Shown piece by piece: positions 12,222-23,689 of a DNA stretch of 64,000 nt. The position numbers were made by a program, and so were the translations under genes. The notes beneath the pieces were generated by a model. The model ran no database searches. It was not told the DNA's origin and saw only the letters and a list, made by a program, of their open reading frames with translations. The DNA lies in the NCBI GenBank assembly GCA_030390025.1, contig CM059432.1, forward strand, positions 145,950,001 through 146,014,000. Direction: 5' to 3'. The stretch comes from Squalus acanthias (taxonomy: Eukaryota). Numbering within the stretch: position 1 is the first letter of the stretch; each line of letters opens with the position of its first letter.

Positions 12222-12307
12222 CTTTATAAATCGAGGCATAGAGTACAAAAGTCACAACGTTATGCTAAATCGGTGTAAAACATTAGTTTGGCCCCAGCTG
12301 AAGTATT

Positions 12308-15261
12308 GGGCTGAATTTTTACTTTGCAGAGTGAGCGGGTTTGCGAGCGGGCGGCCAGTTAAAAGCGCTGAAATTGACAGCGTGTCGGGAAGTCGGCTTC
12401 CGCCTTTAACTCGGGCGCATTAGTCAGCGCGCCGGAGATCCGCTCGGGAAAGGCTCGGGTGAGCTAATTAAAGTAGTTGAGAGCTCGTTAAAAGGCTATT
12501 AAGCAGCCTTTTTAACCTTGATGTTGCAGCTTTTACTGGCTGCCCACGGGATTCACAGGCATGCTGAACCTCGCCAGTGAAAGCAAGGCGAGAGCAGAGC
12601 GGCCATTGTGGGAGTTGAACAATTGACAGTAAAAATTAAAAAAAATCACATAAATACTCACACCTACTTCCTTGCCGAAGGGAAAGGCTCTTGCTGCCAC
12701 CATTTGTGATGAGAGTTTGCTTTCAGGTGTTTTCAGGTGATTTCTACAACTTTGGAAGTCACTCTCACTACATTGGAGGATTGTGCCTCTGAGCTCCACT
12801 TTATCTGGCATCTATCAGATCAGCACGGGTGCCGCTTATGTTGTCTCACCTTGGACCTCAGATTCAGACCAAGATGAGCCCCAGCAACAACACCAACAAT
12901 GCCAGCAGGAGCAACAGCAGCCTTCTCCTCACCGACCTGCCGCTCCAAAGGAGAGAGGGGATGATCACAGGGGTGCACCTTGCAGGAGGCGATACCCCCA
13001 ACACAGGGTATATTGGCCGAGGATCTGCTTCCTGGACATGGCTGAACACCAGTGCCTGAGAAAGCGGAGGCGATCGCGTCAGGTTGCGGCAGACATTTGT
13101 AGCCTGCTGGAAGAAGACCTGCTGCCAAGTGGACCTGGTGGACACACATTACCAGTGGCAGTCAAAGTGACCACCACCCTCAACATCTTCACCTCAGGCT
13201 CCTTCCAGGGATCTGCAGGAGACATTTGCAGGATCTTGCAGTCAGCCGCCCACAAATGCATTATCCAGGTGACTGATGCCATGTTTGACAAATCAGGCAC
13301 TTATGCACACTTTGCCACTGATGAAGCCAGTCAGACTGAGCGGGCGCTCGGCTTTGCAGTTCTGGTTGACTTCCCACAGATGCAGGGTATCATCGACTGC
13401 ACACATGTGCCCATCGAGGCACCCCTAGATCACCCAGGAGTGTTTGTGAACCATAAGGGCTTCCACTCCATCAATGTGCAGCCCATCTGCAACCACAAAA
13501 AGATCATCCTGCATGTGTGTGCCAGATTCCCAGGGAGCTATCATGATTCCAGTCCACCCTCCCTCAGCTCTTCGCACCTCTGGCCAGACCTACCGGTTGG
13601 CTGCTTGGAGACAAGGGGTATCCATCGAAGACGTGGCTGATGACACCCTTGAGGAGGCCAAGCAATGAGGTCGAAGAGCGCTACAATCAAAGTCAGATGA
13701 TGATGAGATGTGTCATAGAGCAAGCAATTGGGATGCTGAAGATGCGCTTCAGATGCTTGGACAGTTCTGGAGGAGCCCTTCAGTACGCACCAGCCAGGGT
13801 CTGCACAACACAATGCAGCAGCGAGGATTGGAGCTGCAGGAGGAGCAAGACGCAGAGCCTCTTCGGAGGAGGCTGAGGAGGATGAGGAGGAGGAGCAGAA
13901 GGAACATGAGGAGGAGGAGGAGGAACCTGAAGTGGACATGACACCAGCAGCGGCGCATATTGCTGCCCGGAGGCCCGGGATGCCTCATAATGGTGTGATT
14001 TAGTTAAGTTGCACCAGTGCACCCATATGGCACCCAGATGCTGAACCAACTCCACCCCCCCCACACACCACCACAAAGCAGTCCTAAAATGACCAAACCA
14101 TTACTGTCACACATACACCCATTGCGCGAGGTTAAGTAATGTCTTATCATTCACTCCAGCTGACAAGGCCACATCCTAGGCAGCAGGCAAAAATGAACAA
14201 CAGTTCGTACGACGTGTATCCACTGTGGCTTCAGCAGAGGAAGAGGTAAGCTGCCCACTTCCTTGCTCTGACTGCTTAGACACTTTGGGCGGACGTCCTC
14301 TGGGTTTTGGAGCCTGTGTGAGGGCCCCGCCAAAGACTGCTCCTCCTGCACCTGTGTAGGGGCAGACTCGGCCATCGGGATACGAGGCAGCATGTGGGCC
14401 TCTGACTTGTGGGGGTGGGGGGGAGGGGGCGCAGGGGGAGAGCAATGGGGGAGAAGTGGGAGCGCTTTGAGCAGAGCCCCCACTTCCATATCCCCCCTCA
14501 CCATCATCCCTCTCATGGACCACCCGCACTTCCCTGCTAGCAAGGAGCTGGAGAGCACTTTGCTGCACATCAGTGAGGCAATTAAGGGCCATATCTAGGT
14601 TTCTATCCATCCTAGATATGGCTGCAATCAGAGTCTGCAAGCTGTTGTGCACAGCAAGCATGCACTCGTTCGACTGGCACGTTTGATGCTCCATGCAGGT
14701 GGCCACCGTTTCCATGGACGAACACATCATAGCCATTGCCCGTGACATTGGGCTGGTCATGTTGGAGATGGACTCCTCCATTTTTGCTACAATCGAGCAC
14801 ATCGCGGCTGCAAAAACTGTCAGAGCCTCCCGCATTTTTTGCTGCTCTCTTCCTCCAATCTGCAGGGTACAGGATAGCCCTGCAAGCCCTGACTCCTTGA
14901 AGTAAAACCTCCAAGGAGGCATCACTGAACCTGGCTTTCTGCCTTTGACTCTGCATTATTCAGGCTGCACTATTATCAAAGTGTTCTACTGCCAACAAAT
15001 CTCCTCTGTAACAATTGGGCTTCCACCTCCACCAGCCGTCAAGTGACATCTATCCATTGCTCCTTTAAATATCTCAGCTGAAGTCGAGTCAGCCGTGACG
15101 TCATCGGACCCTCTCCAGTTAATTGGTCGGGAAACCCGGAAGTCTGATTCAATTGCAGAGGCTTTGTTAAAAAGCCACTGCAAAACGCACCTCTATCACT
15201 TCCGGGTTCCCGTCGCGATCCACGGCCCCCCTGCACCCATCCCGATTGCAAAATTCAGCCC
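12308..15261. mobile_element. PIF/Harbinger transposon, internally deleted (transposase + about 12825-14005; Myb remnant - about 14200-14956)
   Basis: TIRs GGGCTGAATTTT/AAAATTCAGCCC; IIDCTH and IEQAIG motifs; closely related to 4361-8239. Confidence 0.9.
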
Positions 15262-15827
15262 AATTCTGGGCACCACACTTTACGAAGGACGTGAAGGCTT
15301 TGGAATGGGTACAGAAGAGATTTACTAGATTGGTTCCAGGAATGAGGGATTATAGTTCCGTGGATACACTGGAGAAGCTGGGGTTGTTCTCCTTCGAGCA
15401 GAGAAGGCTAAGAGGAGATCTGATAGAGGTGTATAAAATCATGAAGGGTTTAGACAGAGTAAATAAAGATAAACTGTTTCCAATGGCTGAATGATCAATA
15501 ACCAGAGGGCACAGATTTAAGGTGATTGGCAAATGAACCAGAGGCGACATGAGGAAAAACATTTTTATGCAATGAGTGGTTAGGATTTGGAATGCACTGG
15601 TGGTGCATTCCAAAGGGTGGTGGAAACAGATTCAATAGTAGCTTTCAAAAGGGAATTGGATAAATACTTGAAGGAGAAAAAAATTGCAGGGATATGGGGA
15701 AAAAGCGGGAGAGTGGGACTAACTGGATTGCTCCTCGAAAGAGCCGGCGCAGACTCGATGGGCCGAATGGCCTCCTTCTGTGCCGCACTATTCTATGAGT
15801 CTAACTTGCATAATTCTGAAATATCAC

Positions 15828-15983
15828 CTCAGTTGAGATTTCTCCTGTTCCTTGTCTTTCAAGTTTTTCTTTTCTTTTCAGTACTTTTCTTTCTAAGCTC
15901 GGCAGGATGCTTTCATCGGCGACACTACGTCGGAAGTTAGAAAATTCCGGCCACAGTTTGAAGAGAACATCAAAAACTGCCGT
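15828..15983 (-). CDS. RGS22: RGS22 coding exon: TAVFDVLFKLWPEFSNFRRSVADESILPSLERKVLKRKEKLERQGTGEISTE
   Basis: Acceptor ccacag|ACG, donor GAG|gtgata, 156 nt; resembles F.VLFK.WP.F..FR. Confidence 0.9.
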
Positions 15984-16124
15984 CTGTGGAGTGAAACGTC
16001 GTTACTTTTGTACATTTTGTTATTTCATGGTTACTGACTCATATACACATTTCAAAATGCTAGATTATCAAATCAACCCTTTTAAAATATCTGCAGCCAG
16101 ACAATGAACATTAAATTTTGTCAT

Positions 16125-17512
16125 AAGGAATAGAGCAGGAGTCGGCCATACAGCCCCTCATGTCTGCACCACCATTCACTGAGATCATGGCTGAACTTTT
16201 ACATCAACTCCACTTTCCCATCCTATCCCCATATCCCTTGATTCCCAAAAATCTATCGATCTCAGTCTTGAATATACTTAACCATGGAGCATCCACATCC
16301 CTCTGGGGTAAAGAATTCCAAAAATTCACAACCATCTGAGTGAAGAAATTCCTCCTCATCCCCTTATCCTGAGACTATGCCCCCTCGTTCTAGACTCTCC
16401 AGCCAGGGGAAACAACCTCTCAGAATCTAGCCTGACAATCCCACTCAGAGTCTTATATGTTTCAATGAGATCACTTCTCATTCTTCTAAACTCCAGAGAG
16501 TATAGGCCCAGTCTACTCAATCTCTCCTCATAGGACAATCCAGTGAACCTTCATTGCACTGCCTCTAAGGCAAGTATGTCCTTCCTCAGATAAGGAGACC
16601 AAAACTGTGCACAATACTCCAGGTGTGGTCTCACCAAAGCCCTGTACAATTGTAGTAAGACTCTTGTACTCCGACTCCTTATCCTGATACTATGACCCCT
16701 AATTCTAGACTATCCAGCCAGGGGAAATAGCCTCTCTGCATCTACCCTGTCAATCCCTCTACGAATTTTATACGTTTCAATGAGATCACCTCTCATTCTT
16801 CTAAACTCTGGAAGACATAGGCCCATTCTACGCAACCTCTCCTCGGAGGACAGCCCTCTCATCCCAGGAATTAATCTAGTGAACCTTCGCTGCACTCCCT
16901 CGAAGGCAAGTGACGTAATAAAGACTTACTACGCACTTGGTTGAACATAAAGCAAGGCTTTAATCGACTTGTAACAAAACATGGGGGTCTAGTTAACAGT
17001 CACTAGCTTCCTGTTTCCAGATTGTCTCTGCCCAAGGTGGGCCCACGCCCGAGTATTTATACTCCCTGGACGGCCCCCCAGCTGGCCGCCCAGTAGTACT
17101 TCCTGAGTTACTTCTTGTAGAAGTTGTGATTTATGACAGCAAGTATATCCTTCCTTAATTAAGGAGACCAAAACAGTGCACAGTACTCCATGTGTGGTTT
17201 CACCAAGGCCCTGTACAATTGCAGCAAGACTTCCCTATTCTTATACTCCAACACCCTTGCAATAAAGGCCAACATGCCATTTGTCTTCCTAATTGCTCTT
17301 GCTGTACCTGTATGCTAACATTCTGTGTTTCCTGTACAAGAACATCCAAATCTCGCTGAATCCCAACATTTACTAGTCTCTCACCTTTTAAAAAATATAT
17401 TCTGCTTTTCCATTCTTCCGATCAAAGTGGATAATTTCACATTTCCTCACATTATACTCCATCTGCCATCTTCTTGCCCAATCACTTAACCCGGTCTATA
17501 TCCCTTTGCAGG
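16125..17512 (-). mobile_element. Stacked CR1 3' fragments
   Basis: RRMRGDLIETYK remnants and CR1 3' UTR. Confidence 0.85.
16911..17138 (-). mobile_element. Solo LTR (228 bp)
   Basis: TG...CA termini with short imperfect inverted repeat, 5-bp TSD GCAAG; TATAAATA followed by ATTAAA on the minus strand. Confidence 0.75.
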
Positions 17513-17519
17513 ATATAAA

Positions 17520-18459
17520 TAAAAATTCTGAATCCTGATCCCAAACCCGCCTCCAACCCGCCCACTTCCGGTTTTAATGGAGGCGGGATGGGATGGGCAG
17601 CCAGCCCGCTCCGAGGAGGTGGGTCACCTATTTAAATATTATAATGAGGCTCTGTACCTCATGGTGATCTACCATTTCAAATTTATCTGTGGCGGTCATG
17701 TTTCCCAGGCTTCAGGGAACCCGCCAGCTAAAGGGAGGCGAGGACTGCTGGATCCAGGAGGTAAGTGCCTTTCCACTTACCTGCTGGATCCAGCGTTCTT
17801 GCCTCATCAACCCCTCTGTGATCGGACACCTCCCTGACCCTTCGGATCTCCCGCCGACCTCCTCCCCCACCCTCGAGACCTGTGACCCCCCCCCAAATGA
17901 GGCCTCTGATCTTCAATCTTCCATCCAGCCTTTGATCCTTGGGCCCTGGCCCTCAATTCCCCCCTTCGGCCCCCAACCATCCCTCCAGCCTCCGTTTACA
18001 CCCTCCAGCCTTCTGACCTCCCCCCTTCAGCCCCTGATACCCACCGGCCTTCTAACCTCCACCCTCTGGTCCCCAATCACCCTCCGGCCACCCCCTCCAG
18101 CCTCGATCACCCTTCAGCCTCCCCCCTTCAGTCCTGATCACCCTCCGGCCTCCCCCTCTGGCCCCAATCCCCCTCTGGCCTCACTACTCCAGCCCCGATC
18201 CTCCTCTGGTCTCCGATCCTCCTCCAATCCCTCCCTCCCTCCTCTCTGCAGCCTGGTGCCGCAGGCCTAGCTGCCCAACTGTCTGTCAACCTCTCCATCT
18301 GGCTGGCTGCATGTGGGAAACTTTAATTCCAAATGCTAATCAGGGCCTGCCATTAAATTTGGCAGGGCCTGCAGGAAACCCGTTCTCCCATGTTTACCGA
18401 GCGCTTTCCAGCCCCCCACCACCCCGCGCCCTACCCGCCTCCAAATTAAAATTCTGGCC
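17520..18459. mobile_element. Harbinger-type MITE with C-rich core
   Basis: Terminus AAAATTCTGGCC; homologous in opposite orientation to 29793-31220. Confidence 0.7.
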
Positions 18460-18765
18460 AAAATTTTTGTTTAACATCTCACCCATTTCCTTATTCCCCA
18501 GTATAATTTCTCCTGTCTCTGCCTCTAAGGGACCCACGTTTACTTTCGCTAATCTCTTCCTTTTTGCATACTTGTAAAAGCTTTTACGATCTGTTTTTAT
18601 ATTTCTTGCTAGTTTACTCTCATATTCTATTTTGTCCCTCTTGATCACTTCCTTGGTCATCCTATACTGATTTTTAAAACCCTCCCAATCTTTAGGCTTA
18701 CTACTCCTTTTGGCAACATTGTAAGCCTCTTTTAAGCGAATACTATCCTTAACTTCTCTAGTTAT
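18460..18765 (-). mobile_element. CR1 ORF2 internal fragment
   Basis: KIEYESKLARNIKT..KSFYKY motif. Confidence 0.8.
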
Positions 18766-19048
18766 TTAACTATATCCTACATTGAGCAGGTAAAACAATT
18801 TCCCAATGGGAACTGATTAGCATCAATACCCAAACACACCCTGGCAAGTTTTGTTTTACAAGTGTGTCCATTGGACATGCTGGAGTTCTGTTCTCAGTGA
18901 GCTAGTGGGCTTGAAGAAAAGTTGTGCAACCAAATTTAATGACTGGAAGGACTGCCCATCATGCCCTTCCACTGACAATATCCACATTGCTCCCCAAATG
19001 CTACCAGGCCATCTTACTGAGCTCCTTCACATTCTTTTCTTCACATAC

Positions 19049-19228
19049 CTGTGCTTCTCTGAAGATATATGGTCCCTGCTCTTGCCTGTGATTAATAATT
19101 TTATATGCATATTCTGGTGGAATATTGATCTGCAGAGGTGGTGGGATGTTGGAATTGATGAAACAATTAACGATGGCAGTGATCTTATTCTGAATGCTCT
19201 CCTCGCTAGCATGAGAATGGCACATGTC
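19049..19228 (-). CDS. RGS22: RGS22 coding exon: DMCHSHASEESIQNKITAIVNCFINSNIPPPLQINIPPEYAYKIINHRQEQGPYIFREAQ
   Basis: Acceptor cttcag|GAC, donor CAG|gtatgt, 180 nt; CHSH, NCFINS.IPP.LQI.IP and GPY.FREAQ motifs. Confidence 0.95.
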
Positions 19229-19512
19229 CTGAAGGGAAAAAGAAGCACAGATAAAAAGGTCTGTATTATTTTCTGTACCATTTAGGCTACAGAAATTAGT
19301 ATTCGGTCAGACAGACGCAGATAACAAAAAACATGCAAACACACAAACACAAACTCATACACACACACACTTACGCAGATACACACTCACAATTTTTCCA
19401 GTGGCGTTCTTTGTTAGAGCATTTTATGTAAGTTAAACATCTGACTCATTTGAAAGTGGTTTTGAATTATTAGGTACTTTTTTTTTTGTATCAGATCCTG
19501 TCCTTTTTTTAC

Positions 19513-19674
19513 CTTGTAGTTTTGAACCTCAAGCCAGAAGATCACATTATTCTCCATCAGTTCTCCCTTCAGTGACACGTACTGCTGAAATTGGAGAGCC
19601 GTGACTGGATTTAGCAAGGCTTTACGGAATGCAATGATTTCTTTTGATGAGGAAACAAATTTGTTAACCAGGAG
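19513..19674 (-). CDS. RGS22: RGS22 coding exon: LLVNKFVSSSKEIIAFRKALLNPVTALQFQQYVSLKGELMENNVIFWLEVQNYK
   Basis: Acceptor caacag|CTC, donor AAG|gtaaaa, 162 nt; IIAFRKALLNPVT is characteristic of the RGS22 C-terminal RGS domain. Confidence 0.95.
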
Positions 19675-19754
19675 CTGTTGGAAACATAAATGTTCAGAAT
19701 CACTTTCATCATCCGTATTTTCACAAAACATTAGAAGAGAAGTGAACATTAGAA

Positions 19755-19995
19755 GAGTGGTGAACCTATGGAATTCTCTACCACAGAAGGCAGTAGAGGC
19801 CAATTCATTAAATATATTCAAGAAGGAGTTGGATATATTTCTTAAAGCTAAAGGGATCAAGGGATATGGGGAGAAGGCAGGGACAGGGTACTGAGTTTGG
19901 ATGATCAGCCATGATCTCATTGAATGGCGGAGCAGGCTCGAGGGGCTGAATGGCCTACTCCTGCTCCTATCTTCTATGTTTCTATGTTTCTATGT
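19755..19995 (+). mobile_element. CR1 3' end
   Basis: RVVNLWNSLPQKAVEA and (TTCTATGT)n tail. Confidence 0.88.
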
Positions 19996-20344
19996 TAATA
20001 AAAAACTCTGGGCTGCTGGTGTTTTCAAGCTTCTGCAGCTTCTTTGCCAGGGCCCAATGAACACCTGGAAATATTGGTCCAACAGCCTTTGGTGAGGGAA
20101 ACGAGATGGTGGCTTTATGGAGGCTGACATTGCGGGTGAGAGATTCAAATTTTCACCATCAGAACTTCATAAAATGAACAGAGTTCGGAAGTTTTGGAAC
20201 TTGAATCCCATCTCCATTCAGACCCATAAATTCTTTCTAATTTCAAGTGACAGTTACTGTTCATTGGGTCAAATATTACCGACCTTCAGCTTATATCACA
20301 CTTTTCCTCAGCAAAAAATATATTTTCAAGGTCTGTCATGGGCA

Positions 20345-21038
20345 ACAATCCCCCACCATCAACATCCTGGGGGTCACCATTGACCAGAAACTTAACTGGG
20401 CCAGCCACATAAATACCGTGGCAACAAGAGCAGGTCAGAGGCTGGGTATTCTGTGGCGAGTGTCTCACCGCCTGACTCCCCAAAGCCTTTCCACCATCTA
20501 CAAGGCACAAGTAAGGAGTGTGATGGAATACTCTCCTGCCTGGATAAGTGCAACTCCAACAACACTCAAGAAGCTCGACACCATCCAGGACAAAGCAGCC
20601 CGTTTGATTGGCACCCCATCCACCACCTTAAACATTCACTCCCTCCACCACTGGCGCACCGTGGCTGCAGTGTGTACCATCTACAAGATGCACTGCAGCA
20701 ACTCGCCAAGGCTTCTTCGGCAGCACCTCCCAAACCCGCGACCTCTTCCACCCAGAAGGACAAGGGCAGCAGGCGCACGGGAACACCACCACCTCCAAGT
20801 TCCCCTCCAAGTCACACACCATCCTGACTTAGAAATATATCGGCCGATCCTTCATCGTTGCTGGGTCAAAATCCTGGAACTCCCTACCTAACAGCACTGT
20901 GGGAGTACCTTCACCACACGGACTGCAGCTGTTCAAGAAGGCGGCTCACCACCACCTTCTCAAGGACAATTAGTGATGGGCAATAAATGCTGGCCTCGCC
21001 AGCGACGCCCAGATCTCATAAACGAATATTAAAAAAAA
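20345..21038 (+). mobile_element. Non-LTR retrotransposon 3' end (RT C-terminus; clade uncertain)
   Basis: ILGVTIDQKLNW...IYKAQVRSVMEY...WNSLP; AATAAA plus A tail; same family at 27915-28610 and 55600-56104. Confidence 0.85.
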
Positions 21039-21330
21039 GTTGTAAAACTAGTGCGTAAGTGAACATATTCTTTCATAAAGTATGCATTTTATGAGTCACA
21101 CAAAACAGTACCATTTGTAAAACACTCAGGCCTAGAAATTCGATAAATCCTGAAAATTGTCGCTGCCTACTGATTTTAATGATTGGAATGCACAGACTAG
21201 CGACGAACGCGCTGCCTGAGGCTGTGCGCTCAGCAGGAGGCCCAATGCAGCGTGGCCGTAGTGTCCCTGGCACGAGGCGGCCTTTTCTTAAAGCAAGGCT
21301 GACATTTTAGAAACCAGTCTTGCGCCCTTA

Positions 21331-21770
21331 AAGAAAGAAAGACTTGCATTTATATAGCGCCTTTCACGACCACCGGACGTCTCAAAGCGCTTTACAGCCA
21401 ATGGAAGTACTTTTGGAGTCACTGTTGTAATGTGGGAAACGCGGTAGCCAATTTGCGCACAGCAAGCTTCCACTAACAGCAATGTGATATTGACCAGATA
21501 ATCAGTTTGGTTATGTTATGGCTGAGGGAGAAGTATTGGCCAGGACATGGGGGATAACTCCCCTGCTCTTCTTCGAAATAGTGCCATGGGATCTTTTACG
21601 TCCACCTGAGAGGGCAGACGGGGCCTCGGCTTAACTTCTCATCCGAAAGATGGCACACTCCGACAGTGCAGCTCTCCCTCAGCACTGCACTGGGGGTGTC
21701 AGCCTAGCTTTATGTGCACAAGTCCCTGGAGTGGGACTTGAACCCACAACCTTCTGACTCAAAGACGAGT
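21331..21770 (-). mobile_element. tRNA-derived SINE with L2-type tail
   Basis: B box GGTTCAAGTCCC on the minus strand; tail GGCGCTATATAAATGCAAG(TCTT)n. Confidence 0.8.
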
Positions 21771-23220
21771 TGAAGGCGAACCGCCTTCTGAAAAAAAATT
21801 AAAATAATTAAAAAATAGGCAATTTCTAGCCTTTAGAGCTCAACTGCCTTCTGAAAAAAACATTAAAAATCATACCAAACTAGGCAGTCTTCAGCTCTTA
21901 AAGCTGAACTGCCTTCTGCACGTACAAAATGGTAAAAGTTCTTCAGCATGAACACAAATGGCTCAACAGGCCAGGGAAAGGGCACCAGGGTCTCGGAAGC
22001 AGCACTCCAGCTTTGTGCAGGGGGTCAACACTGGAAGAGAGGTCCTCGACCTACAGGGGGCCAGGAGGCCCTCCAGAAAGAAGGATGTGGGATCAGATCG
22101 CCGAGGCCATCACTGCCAGCAGTGTCGCCCCCAGGACCTGGCTCCAGTGCCGAAAGAAGTTTCATGACCTCAGACGAGTGGTCAATGTCAGTTAAAAGCC
22201 ATCTTCTTCCAACTGCACCACTAGTCCAACACACTGCTCAATGCACGACCTCCCCACCCATCACTCACCTACCTACAATCTCTACCAAACACGAGGCAGA
22301 CCTCACATTCCTAGCTTCACCTAACCCCCTTGGAAGAGACGGTGCTGGCCATTCTTAGCAGGGGCATGGCTGAGCCTTGGCCAGTGGCAGGGTTGAAAGA
22401 ATACAAGATGCTGGTATCCACATACGTTATCCTCCTTCTCATGCCCCACTTTTCCCTCATCCCACAATATCTTCTGATCTACAAGACGCGCATGGTGTAA
22501 GCATGCAGCTCTTGCTTTCCTGCCCTCCCCTGACCACAACCCTACCCTTGTGCCTTTCTCATTTCAGACACCCAAGAAATCCAGCCTGCCCAGCCAGTGG
22601 TTGACCAAGAAGAGGGAGAGTGAAGAAGAAGAAGAAGAAGAAGAAGAAGAAACAACGTCACTCGATTTTACACTCCCAGTCACCAGCTCCTTGAGGTTGT
22701 CCTGAAAGTACATCTGCAGTGTCCCCCACTGAAAGTCAGCAGCCTTCCACCAGCTATGGTGCAGCCACTGGGGTAGCACTGTATGACATCAGTAGGATAG
22801 GCAAAGGTACATGCAAGACAGTCACTAAGGGAATGCACAAGGGTGATGAGTTGATTTCTTGATGTCCTATTGGATGGATAGATGTATAAAGTTGGATTGG
22901 AAAGTTTGCTTTCTGGTGGCTTTTATTTCAGCATTATGGCCAAGAGGACGCTGTGATGGTCAGTCACAGAGGGAAGGTAAGCTGTACGACTAATGTTGAA
23001 AGGGGAATTGGGGTTGTGGTCACTGGTACTGCAGGCAGATGATTTGATTCCGGATATCCCGGCCAGAAAGGGGCTGTCTGGGTTGCGTCCTTCCTTCCGC
23101 TTCCTCTTCTGCTTCCTCCTCTTCTGCGTCTTCCTCTTCCGTCTGCGAGCAGCTTGTCCCCTTTGCTGCCTCTGCTTCATCTCCACGTCCCCCCATAATT
23201 GTGAGCAAGTGGTCTTCTCA

Positions 23221-23373
23221 GAGGAAAATACTGCGGATGCTGGAAATCTGAAATAAAAGCAGAAAATGCTGGAAATACTCAGCAGGTCAGGCAGCATCTC
23301 GACCTGAGACGCTAACTCTGTTTCTCTCTCCACAGATGCTGCCTGAACTGCTGAGTATTTCCAGCAATTTCTG
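23221..23373. mobile_element. Penelope end (second family) with inverted duplication
   Basis: Inverted arms GCTGGAAATACTCAGCAG/CTGCTGAGTATTTCCAGC; flanking GTCTTCTCA duplication; homologous to 9925-10008. Confidence 0.75.
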
Positions 23374-23689
23374 TCTTCTCAAAGGCCTCAAAGGTCTTAG
23401 CAAAGCCTTGCCAGCACCCAGCAGCACACTTTTAACAACTTTTTAAATGTGGAGCACCAAGCCACTACTTCAATAAAATATTAAAAAAACACTCCAGAAG
23501 CTGAAATCGAAACTTACCTGAAACCCTTCAAGAAACGCTGGCAGCGTCTCTGCAGTACTGCTGGACGCACGTTCTTCCGTGCATGGTTAGGAGAGGGCGT
23601 TATGGTGTGTGGTGATAACCAAAAATGCAGTCCTGCGTCAAATCAGGCATTGCACGCCGATTGACGTCACAATCTGCACATTTGAATTT

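Larger units (their letters stand above)
11385..15800 (+). mobile_element. CR1 LINE fragment split by Penelope (12049-12221) and Harbinger (12308-15261) insertions
   Basis: RT remnants at 11385-12307 continue collinearly at 15262-15800. Confidence 0.85.

Noticed and set aside
17689..18270. 193-aa Pro-rich ORF (and its counterpart at 29788-30351)
   Set aside because: Arises from the C-rich low-complexity core of a MITE; the frame is not conserved between the two copies.
19675..19920. Upstream extension of the 168-aa ORF 19414-19920
   Set aside because: Antisense CR1 and intron sequence; only 19513-19674 is bounded by splice sites and resembles RGS22.
21778..21920. Three imperfect copies of (A)ACTGCCTTCTG at about 65-bp spacing
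   Set aside because: Short local tandem duplication in a decayed transposon, with no further structure.
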